Part shown: positions 33,657-42,975 of the stretch, piece after piece
How the letters are laid out: the number at the start of each line of letters is the position of its first letter
Numbering within the stretch: position 1 is the stretch's first letter
Source: Octopus bimaculoides
Lineage: Eukaryota
Reading direction: 5' to 3'
Length of the DNA: 42,975 nucleotides
NCBI RefSeq assembly: GCF_001194135.2
Contig: NC_068993.1
Span: 15,325,587-15,368,561 of the forward strand
Translations under genes and position numbers: made by a program
Notes under the pieces: generated by a model
Databases searched by the model: none
Told to the model about the DNA's origin: nothing
Seen by the model: the letters and a program-made list of their open reading frames with translations, nothing else

Positions 33657-34117
33657 AGGTGCTGCTGGTATGCTTATGTGGTAAAAAGCTAGCTTCTCGA
33701 CTGCGTGTTTCCGAGTTCAGTCTCACCGCGCAGGACTTTGACCTAGTATTTCTCACCGTAGCCTAAGCCTTGATCAAAGCGTTGGGACACGGTTTCTTAG
33801 ATGAACACTAAAAAAAAAGTTTGTCGGACGCATACACACATACACACAGACACACACACGCGTGCACACACACCCATACACGCATGCATATATATATATA
33901 TGGAGGGGTTTTACTTTTGTACGTCCACACTACCACTTTGCAACGGGTACTGGTTTCTTTTCATCCCCGTAAATTAGCGGTTCACCAAAGTAAATAATAA
34001 AGTGAATACTAGTCTTCTAGAAATATGTACTGGAGTCAATTCCGTTGATTATATCTTCCGAGGTGGTGCTCAAGCATGGCCGCAATGCAATGACTGAAAC
34101 AAGTAAACGACAAAAAG
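33657..34117 (+). mobile_element. SINE family B, degenerate full-length
   Basis: atgtggtaaaaagctagctt...gagttcagtctcacc head; ccccgtaaattagcggttc; ggtggtgctcaagcatggccgcaatgcaatgactgaaacaagtaaa tail. Confidence 0.75.
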
Positions 34118-34365
34118 TATGTGTGTATGTGTGATTACGTGTGTGTGTATGTGTGCGTGTGTATGGACAAATATGCATACGCTCACATATATTTATACAG
34201 AATTATATAATTGCTAGAAGTCGAAATATCTAATTCATCCGCAAATATTTCCTTGTAAAAATAAATTAGACACTTTTCTAAAATTGATCTTCAGAATAGT
34301 GTTAAATTGTTTCCATATAACTTCATACAATAGCAAACATTCATATATATATATATATATATATA

Positions 34366-34589
34366 NNNNNNNNNNNNNNNNNNNNNNNNNNNNNNNNNNN
34401 NNNNNNNNNNNNNNNNNNNNNNNNNNNNNNNNNNNNNNNNNNNNNNNNNNNNNNNNNNNNNNNNNNNNNNNNNNNNNNNNNNNNNNNNNNNNNNNNNNNN
34501 NNNNNNNNNNNNNNNNNNNNNNNNNNNNNNNNNNNNNNNNNNNNNNNNNNNNNNNNNNNNNNNNNNNNNNNNNNNNNNNNNNNNNNNNN
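34366..34589. other. Assembly gap flanked by (AT)n
   Basis: Run of N. Confidence 1.
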
Positions 34590-35159
34590 ATATATATATG
34601 GACAACAAAAGAGGTGGGTACATTTCTACACAGGAAGAAAAAAATAGGCATATTTGTTGTTGAATATGGACCAAAATTTGAAAAACTTGTAATTGTCTAA
34701 AATAAATTTATTTACGTATATACCAAACTAGTTTCAACAATATTTTGTGTTTATCAATCGTAAATTTTTAAAATTATGAATTAGAAAAACATCTTTAAAT
34801 GTTTCAATGTTGACAAATTAAAATGTTCATAACAGACAAATTTAGAATTATAAATTCTAAATACATGTTCAGAAATATCAATGTTCACAAGTTTAAATGT
34901 TCATAACCGTCAATAATATTAAAACTGTGCATTAATTTGTTTGAATGTACAAAGCTCATTAGTGTTAGTAGTGATCGACAAGAAACTAATATCCTCAAAG
35001 TTACAGTCATACTGAGTTAAGAAGGGAAAAGAAACAAACGAGAAAGAAGATCATGGTGTCCTGTCATATATGATTACTAAAAGCAAATCTCTGGTTATCA
35101 ACATACATGTATAACTGAAGGAACAGAATCACTTTTATAACAGAATCACTTTTATACAT

Positions 35160-35345
35160 AAACATGTATATACATACACATACATACCATCATACATATG
35201 TATATATATACACACACACACAACATTTACATGTAAATACACATATACACATTACAGGTATAGATATGCATGTATATAACGATGTATATATATATACATG
35301 TATATCTATCTACCTCCATATACATGCATATATACATACGTACAC

Positions 35346-35390
<45 letters not shown>
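35160..35390. repeat. TA/CA-rich simple-repeat field
   Basis: Direct inspection. Confidence 0.9.
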
Positions 35391-35391
<1 letters not shown>

Positions 35392-35754
35392 AAACTTGCA
35401 TGCATATAATTGCATATCAATTTATTATGTTTATTCCTGGCTGCCTTGGGACAGATATAGTGAATGCTTCTTTTGTTGTTAAATATTTTATATATCAACA
35501 GAGGGATGATTAGTAGAACATCCCCATTAAACATGAGCCAAGGGCAAACATAGCACATCTGATATAGTCGTTTGGCACAGAATAGCAAAAACATAATAAT
35601 GCACTGCCATAGAGGTCAGCTGCCCCGCAAACATTTCTTGTATATTCTTTGAGAAGGATACTGTTTACAGACAACTGCCTCTCTACGCGGTTTATGAATT
35701 CGTGTTTATACCAATAATTATTATGCACTTATTTATGTTAATAAATGTTTAAGT

Positions 35755-36052
35755 GTGAAGGCGCGTGGCGTAATGGTTACGGCATTCCGAGAGCGATCGT
35801 AAGGTCATGAGTTCATTTTCTGACGGTGCTTTGTGTCTTTGAGCAAGACACTTTATTTCACGTTGCCTCAGCCAGTTCATATAGCTGGCAAAACTGAGTT
35901 GTACCTGTTCTTCAAAAGACCAGCCTTGTCACATTTTTTGTCATGTTGAATCTCTGTGAGAATCACGTTAAGTGTGCGTGTGTCTGTTGAATACTCAGCC
36001 ACTTCGTTAATTTTACGAGCAGGTTGTTTCGTTGATTGGATCGACTAGAACC
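35755..36052 (+). mobile_element. SINE family C, with CORE-type head/body and a C1-type tail
   Basis: gtgaaggcgcgtggcgtaatggttacgg head; tgtctttgagcaagacactttatttcacgttgc CORE-like body; ccagccttgtcaca...cacgttaag...acgagcaggttgtttcgttgattggatcgactagaacc tail shared with 11181-11556. Confidence 0.8.
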
Positions 36053-36845
36053 ATGAGTACAAAAATGAATGTTCAAGTGGCAATCTGAAAATTTGGGGTT
36101 TTTAGGCAAATAATGTGACCAGATATATCTGTAATTTGTACATGGAAGCAAAGAAATTATTCAGACAACAGACTTCGTACACACTTTGTGTCATTGTATT
36201 ATTCTGTAAACAGAAGAGTATAACGGTACAAGACTTTACATAAGTTACGCATACATCATACATCATTAGTGTTATTATCGAAAGTCCGCGGATGGAGATC
36301 AGCTTCTTTGTTAGAAGCTAACTCATTTCTTGTGCGAAGTAATCAAATAACAAGTTGACTAGTCATACTCAAAAATATCTCACTAACCTTTGAAAGAACA
36401 CGGCCAACAGTCAAATATAGTAATTTGGTGTTGTTAGTCATCATAATCAACAATACCGTTGCTTCTGTTTGCTGTAAAATACCAGACATAGTTCAACAAC
36501 CACCAACTCCATCCCATCCATTGTATGAGACTTCGAGTCATTGATAGACTGATGGAAAGACGTAGAAGGGTGGAAAGCCTCGAGTGCTATCCTTCCTGAT
36601 GGTTATTCCATATATAATTGACTAACAAAGTTCAAACACTTGATTGTTTAAACGACTGAACATTTTTCACCACATAAATGTGTACCATTCTGGTTGTATA
36701 AAAAGAAGTCCTTATCTATTTCGTTCAAATCCTCTTGGTGTTTAGTTTCTATCATTACAAGGTAAAATACGTAGCAATCACGAACAGGTAAGTGGAAAAT
36801 ATGCGACTATGTGAGAAATCGACGCCATTATTAATGGGAAAGAAG

Positions 36846-37105
36846 AGGCGGTGAGCTGGCAGAATCGTTAGCACGCTGGGCGAAATGCTTAGCAGTATTT
36901 CGTATGCCGCTACGTTTTGAGTTCAAATTCCGGCGATGTCGACTTTGCGTTTCATCATTTGCGCGACGGAAAATTACCATGCGTCATCTGTTGCGTTCAA
37001 ACACCGCAGAGGTAAACTTTGTCATCCATCCTTGCGAATTCGATGAAGTAAAATACCAGTCAAATACCCCTTTAACACCTTACCATAAATTTTAGGCCTT
37101 ACCAT
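36846..37105 (+). mobile_element. SINE family A 5' part plus a second degenerate copy
   Basis: aggcggtgagctggcagaatcgttagcacgctgggcgaaatgcttagc...gagttcaaattccggcgatgtcgactttgc; then gaggtaaactttgtcatccatcc...aaataccagt. Confidence 0.8.
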
Positions 37106-37151
37106 AATAATCTATAATCGAAACAAATATTAAAGGGAGCGATGGGGGCAG

Positions 37152-37352
37152 TGGATTTCTACTATAGGTACAAGGCATGAACATTTTGCGGGCAGAAGCT
37201 AGATGATTTCATTGACCACAGTGAAGAACTGTTACTTATTTCAGCGACCTTGAAAGGATAAAAGGCAAAGTCGACCTCAGAAGAATTTGAAATCAGACCG
37301 TAGAGACGGGTGAAGTACAGCTAAGCGGTTTGTCTAATGATACTGCCTGCCT
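37152..37352 (-). mobile_element. SINE family A, degenerate
   Basis: tttctactataggtacaagg tail; aaaggataaaaggcaaagtcgacctcagaagaatttgaa core. Confidence 0.8.
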
Positions 37353-37369
37353 TGTTCAACAAATGCCTT

Positions 37370-37965
37370 GTGGTATTTCTGGCTTTTCACAGTCTCGGTT
37401 CAAATCCCACCGGAGTTGACTTTCCCTTTCATGTCAACGAGGTCGGTTATATAAAATGCCGTTCAACTACTAGGATGGATTTAATCATTAAAAAAAAAAG
37501 CCTCTTATAAATTCTTGGACTTTTGCCAATTTTAGAAATAGCTATTCTTGGAAATGATGGTTTGCGGAATCTGTTTAATGTCGGAAATTACACTTAAGAT
37601 TTGAGTTCAAACTTTGCAGATTGAACTTGCATTTTTAGGGTTCAATAAGAGAAATACCCATAAAGACCGGCAAATTATATAATGGTTTTTACTCTCGACT
37701 TCGAAGTGGATGACCTGGTGACTCTATAGAAGGTCATAGTAATGTGAAGGAATTGTTTTGGCAGAATCAATAGTGCGTAATACTTAAGGCATTTTCGTAT
37801 TTGTATCCGAACCTTAAGTTCTGATTTCAAAACACGCTGAGGACAAATTCTTCTTTCATGTTTCGGGTTCGAATATAAAAGTGCAAGTTAAGTACAGAGG
37901 TCAGAGGTAACGGCTAACGGCATCCCTCAAATTTCAAGCCTTGCTCTTATGCTAGAATCAATTAT
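37370..37965 (+). mobile_element. Two or three tandem, highly degenerate family A copies
   Basis: ggttcaaatcccaccggagttgactttccctttcat; gagttcaaactttgcag; ttttggcagaatc...tttcatgtttcgggttcga...ccctcaaatttcaagccttg. Confidence 0.55.
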
Positions 37966-38522
37966 CATCATCGTCTATAACTGAACATTTGGTCTTTGGA
38001 AATATATTTCTATCATAGTTTTGTTCTATTATTGAATTCTTACTTAGACCTTCGTTTAACAGCAGTCAGGCCACATTGAGATAAAAACATATCTTTTTTG
38101 TTTCTCATTTTTTATCTGTCAAAATATGAAGAAGACATTAACAAGGAAGCGATGTCAGCTGTCAAAACCTGATATTTTCCATGTACAATAAAGCTCTTAA
38201 TGTACATATACATTAACAGCTTTTCACTTCGCTTATATAACATGCACCCTTTTTTTTTTCCTACGCGTTGCAAAATACTTTTGTATCAGAAAAATTTACA
38301 CTAACATGAAATAATCATTGACAGCCGAAAAAATATATTTTATGATTGATAAAATAAAAGGAGATATCTAATTACAATAAAATCGTATACATATGTAGGT
38401 TTGCATTGAAATAGAACTAAATGGGAGAGTGTTGGAATAATTTTATTATGATTTAGTGAAGAAGAAATAGCAGTACTCAGAAATTTTGGAATCTTCCGGG
38501 AACGGTGAGAAAGACACGGCTG

Positions 38523-38583
38523 AGGTAAATTTTCAGTATCGGAAAGGTAAATTTTCAGTATCGGAAAGGCAAATTTTGCAGAA
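38523..38583. repeat. 22-bp tandem repeat, about 2.7 units
   Basis: aggtaaattttcagtatcggaa x2 followed by aggcaaattttgcagaa. Confidence 0.92.
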
Positions 38584-38929
38584 CTTATAATACGTAAACA
38601 TGGAAGGTTTTCAAGAGCTTCAGTATTCTAAATAAGAAGGATTGAGTTGTAGGTATCCGTGAAGTTGAATATTGTATGAGTTATAATTACATAAAAAAAT
38701 ACGTTTGTATTGGTGGCTTCTAAGGAGAGAATAAGCAAATAGCAAATTCGAAGGATATGATGCGTTTGTAGTATGACAAAATATGGAGGATGATAAGAGC
38801 GAGTGTTTGTGCTATAGAAGTTGTAGCGAGTATGTATGAAATGAAGAAAATATAACGGTAGCTTGCGAACTTCAACCTGGAACTCGTTCTTGAATGCCGC
38901 TTCACCAGTATACTACTATACTTTTATAA

Positions 38930-39117
38930 TTCTTTGTTATTTTGGCACAAGGCCAGAAATTTTGATGTTAGGGGTTAGTGGTGACATATATATCGACCGC
39001 GAAAGTATGAAAGGCAAAGTCATCCACGACAAAATATGATATTAGAACTTAAAGACTGACAAAATACCGTTCAGTATTTTCTCCGGTGTGCTAATGATTT
39101 TACCAGCTCGACGCCTC
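38930..39117 (-). mobile_element. SINE family A, degenerate
   Basis: ttttggcacaaggccagaaatttt tail; tatgaaaggcaaagtc core; ccggtgtgctaatgattttaccagctcg head. Confidence 0.8.
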
Positions 39118-39693
39118 ACTGCCACTTTTATGATAATTGAACAAAGACAGCAGACACTCTTAAAAAGGAAAATAGCAGTAATTGCCTGGCAGCATTGGCA
39201 TGTGGGAAGGATTCGTGTTGCATTCGCTGTTCACATGTATGTTTCTCCGATTCTCTAATTATATCTGCAGACATTTCGTTTACATAAACGTAAATACGTG
39301 CGTCTTTTTGCATGTGAGTGTCTGTACGTAGGTAATTGCTTGTGTATATATGCTTAAGATTTTATATATGTGTGAGTGTAGTTAATCCTAAAAAGAAACC
39401 GAAGAAAAAACACAGGAAAAAAACAGCAAAGCGAGTAAGTGCTTCTAGCAAAGTATTAAGAGACGCCCAAGGAAGGAAAGAAAGATCGTTTTACGTTTCG
39501 AGCAAAGCTCTTCATCAGAAACAGGAGAGAGAGTAAAATCCAAGAGAAAAAGAAGACGGATGAAAAAAAAATCAACGATCCACATGTAGTTACATTTTCT
39601 TCGTCCATATATGTATAAATGTAATTAAATTAGACAAAGTAAAAGAACCACGTGGTTAGGCAGCAAGCTTCTTCCAAAACAGCCACGTCTAAA

Positions 39694-39740
<47 letters not shown>

Positions 39741-39803
39741 GAGAGAAAGTTTGAAAATGCAATTTTAAATATACATACATACATACATACATATATATAT
39801 ATA

Positions 39804-39847
39804 NNNNNNNNNNNNNNNNNNNNNNNNNNNNNNNNNNNNNNNNNNNN
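39804..39847. other. Assembly gap in (AT)n
   Basis: Run of N. Confidence 1.
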
Positions 39848-39853
39848 TATATA

Positions 39854-40249
39854 TACTTTTTACTCTTTTATTTGTTTCAGTCATTTGATTGTGGCCATGC
39901 TGGAGCACTGCTTTTAGTTGAGTAAATCGACTCCAGGACTTATTCTTTGTAAGCCTAGTACTGATTCTCTCGGTTTCTTTTGCCGAACAGCTATGTTACA
40001 GGGACGTAAACAAACCAGCATCGGTTGTCAAGCGATGTTGGGGGGACAAACACAGACACACACACACACATATATGCACATATATACGACGGGCTTCTTT
40101 CAGTTTCCGTCTACCAAATCCACTCACAAGGCTTTGGTTGACCCGTGGCTATAGTTGAAGACACTTGTGCAAGGTGCCACGCAGTGGGACTGAACCCGGA
40201 ACCATGTGGTTCGGAAGCAAGCTACTTACCACACAGCCACTCCTACGCC
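39854..40249 (-). mobile_element. SINE family B (OK-like), full-length
   Basis: Colinear and highly similar to 32753-33178, with a short internal (CA)(TA) slot. Confidence 0.95.
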
Positions 40250-40254
40250 ATATA

Positions 40255-40260
40255 GCTAGC

Positions 40261-40297
<37 letters not shown>
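40255..40297. repeat. (TAGA)n tetranucleotide repeat
   Basis: Direct inspection. Confidence 0.95.
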
Positions 40298-41191
40298 GTA
40301 GAAAGGCATATCTGAATATACATGTGTGTATATGTGCGTGAGTGTGTGAGTGTGTGGGAGTGTTTGTGGGTGTGTGTTTGTGTGCATGTATGGATATATG
40401 AACACATTGAACATAAGTAATTATGGGAATATTTATTTATATGTATACTCTGTTTATGGCGGTGTATGTAAAAATTAAACAAGTTCATAAATATATTTAT
40501 GAAGCATTTTAAGAAACACTTTCATACACGCAACATAACATACACACCGCCTACAAACAGCGAGGAAGGAGTGAGGGATAGAGAGAGACGGGAAGGACAG
40601 AGTGAGAGTGTTGGGGAGAGGGAAATTTGTTTGATTTTAACGTTTACTCCTACTCCTTGTAAAATATATTTCGTTTTACATAATACAAACTGTTTGATCG
40701 TTTGATGTTTGCTAAGCCAATACATTTTATTATAGAAATTCTAGAATATATGTCTATATTTTATTAATGCTAAAATTTCAAAAAGTAGAAAAATGAAGAA
40801 AAATTAGAAACAAATGAGGGGAAAAGTATTTCGTTTCATAACTTAATGCTATATATGAAAAGGAACGTAAATATAAGCAGTTAAAATATTTCACTTACTC
40901 AATCTAGCGCTATATGGCAGCATGATGAAATAGTTAGAGAATTTGATAGACAGCCATGTTTTTTTGTTTGTAATCACGTGTTTTAGTTGCTTCTGTCATC
41001 ACCATTAATAATTCCCCTTATTTAAATTTAATTTAAGGTTAGCTGTTCTGTTTTATATTTATATATTGTTTTCTATAGTTTATATTTTTTCGCTCTACGT
41101 ACCATACCTGAATATAGATACATGTATATGTGTGTATGCGTGTGGGGGAAAGTTTGTGTGTGTGTGTGCTTGTTTGTTTGAGTGTGTGTGT

Positions 41192-41223
<32 letters not shown>

Positions 41224-41360
41224 TTGTGTGTGTCTTTGAACAAAGAAACACCAATACTGTACATGCGTGCATTCACGCATACGTAATCGTGTACGCATTG
41301 TACGCATTGTACGCATATGTATATATGTGTGTCTGTGTATTTATGTGAGCTTTTATGAAA

Positions 41361-41571
41361 TAATAATCCCTTCCACTAATGACAGGGGACCTGAAATGCT
41401 GAGCTAGTCGATTACATCAACTCCAGTGCTCAGTTGGTACATATTTTCGACCCCGAAGCTTTAGTCCTCAAAATGGACATTACTGGAAGTTGAACCTAGA
41501 GTCTTATGCAAGAAGAATCGCCGCTAAGCTTTTTCGCCGACGAGCTACCGATCCTGAATGCTCGGTGCCTT
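41361..41571 (-). mobile_element. SINE family A, degenerate
   Basis: ctagtcgattacatcaactccagtgctcagttggtacatattttcgaccccgaa core; gctaagctttttcgccg...gctcggtgcctt head. Confidence 0.72.
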
Positions 41572-41574
41572 AAA

Positions 41575-41791
41575 TATTTTTGCCTACTATAGGCATTTGA
41601 GCGGAAAATTCGGGGTCGATGAGCAAGTTGATTATGTCGACCCCAATGTTCAACTGGTATTTATTTTATCGACGCGGAAATAACGAAAGGCAAAATCGAC
41701 CTCACAGGATTTGAGACCAGATCGTACGGATGGGAGAAATGCTGCAAAATACCTTGTCCGGTATGCTAACGATTTTGCCTGGTCAGCGCTT
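41575..41791 (-). mobile_element. SINE family A, degenerate full-length
   Basis: gtcgaccccaatgttcaactggtatttattttatcgac...gaaaggcaaaatcgacctc...tgctaacgattttgcc. Confidence 0.8.
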
Positions 41792-41804
41792 TAAATAATG
41801 ATGA

Positions 41805-41991
41805 TAATAATACTTTCTTTTATAGGTACAAGGCCTGAAACATTGGGGAAGCGGGGTAGTCGATTACATCGACTCTATTACTCGACTGGTACTTATTTTC
41901 TCCACGGAATTTGAACTCAGAACATGAGACGGACGAAATTCTATTAAGCATTTCATCCGGCGTGGTAACGGTTCCGCCAGCTTGCCGCCTT
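41805..41991 (-). mobile_element. SINE family A with internal deletion
   Basis: ataggtacaaggcctgaaac tail; actggtacttattt joined directly to cggaatttgaactcagaac; ccagcttgccgcctt head. Confidence 0.85.
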
Positions 41992-41997
41992 CATAGT

Positions 41998-41998
<1 letters not shown>

Positions 41999-42067
<69 letters not shown>
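41999..42067. repeat. (AAT)n microsatellite
   Basis: Perfect run; sits at the 3' tail position of the degenerate minus-strand family A copy at about 42065-42230. Confidence 0.97.
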
Positions 42068-42230
42068 GTACAGGTTTTCAATTTTCTCACAACCCAATAA
42101 TTTTATCGAGAAACAGTTAATCGATATTATTGAGGACAGTATTTAACTTGAACTTTATCTATCCTCTAAGGATAAAAATTCAAAGTCGTCCTCGTTAAGA
42201 TTTAAAACAAGATCTCTGTGTGTCAGGATA
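42065..42230 (-). mobile_element. SINE family A, highly degenerate
   Basis: agttaatcgatattattga...aaggataaaaattcaaagtcgtcctcg..agatttaaaac anchors. Confidence 0.5.
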
Positions 42231-42868
42231 AATTCCTGGAAGCATTGACGATTCTTCGGTGAGATATGATAAGATATTTCTTTTACTTATTGCAAGTGTT
42301 GTTATTTCTCACCACGATATGTGCGATGGAGTGGTGAAAAGCTATAAACATGTGTATTAACCCCAGCATTTTTTTTTTTTTTTGGTTTTGTCTTTGTTTT
42401 TTTGTCGACCGCCAAGTTATTCGCGTGATATTTCTGTGTTAGGCTTTTACCTAGTGACCATTGCCATTTAGAATTAAATATTACTGTAAGCACCATATAA
42501 TTATTCCACAACCCTTGGTTAATCAGGGGAATCCACTACTTCACTATAATTTTGGAACCGTTGTTGATTACAAAGTGAATCCGCATATCAGATAACATTT
42601 CTACAAAATGGCGTTACAGCCACATTTCTGGGCAGAAGACTTTTTATCTTTTTTAAATTCTATAGACAGCAAGTGATTTGAGGAAGAGTCTTAATTTTTT
42701 TATGTCAAGCTTCGAAGGAGAGGCTGCTACAATCGGTATTCTGTGAAAGAGTTGAAAAAGGAATACATATAATTTGGTTCCCTTCTTCTTTTGTTTTTAT
42801 TTTCTGTTTATACATTCTCAACTGATTAAATACATGGACTTTTTTAAAAATTCGGATTATTGTAGAAT

Positions 42869-42870
<2 letters not shown>

Positions 42871-42932
<62 letters not shown>

Positions 42933-42975
42933 CGTATGTATGGGTGTGTATATATGTATGTATGTTTGTATATAT
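42871..42975. repeat. (TA)/(CA)/(TATG) compound microsatellite
   Basis: Direct inspection. Confidence 0.95.

Noticed and set aside
42604-42613. YY1-like CAAAATGGCG site and a nearby acceptor-like sequence at 42665
   Set aside because: Single motif without promoter context; the downstream donor is weak and the peptide unrecognised.

Overview
AT-rich, repeat-dense eukaryotic non-coding DNA (large intron or intergenic region) from a short-read draft assembly, with 11 N-gaps totalling about 5.1 kb, almost all flanked by microsatellites. The SINE families, LINE remnants and microsatellite load point to a coleoid cephalopod, most likely Octopus (inference from recalled repeat families, not from a database search). 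No protein-coding gene, true tRNA/rRNA gene or CRISPR array can be supported. The long ORFs in the track are artefacts of N-runs, simple repeats or antisense repeat reads. What can be supported: (i) more than 20 copies of a ~230-bp tRNA-derived SINE ('family A'); (ii) about 8 copies of a ~400-bp SINE with an internal microsatellite slot ('family B', OK-like); (iii) 6 copies of tRNA-Arg-like/CORE-type SINEs ('family C', OR1/OR2-like); (iv) fossil non-LTR retrotransposons: two Dong/R4-like pieces (an RT remnant and a restriction-like endonuclease plus 3' UTR), RTE-like and possibly CR1-like pieces; (v) many simple repeats. I found no demonstrable new biological system. The best leads are modular sequence sharing between SINE families, an apparent (TA)n insertion preference of family B, inverted SINE pairs as possible ADAR substrates, a perfect 46-bp palindrome, a C(UUCG)G hairpin in a CCAAT-containing unique island, and a few speculative micro-exon candidates.
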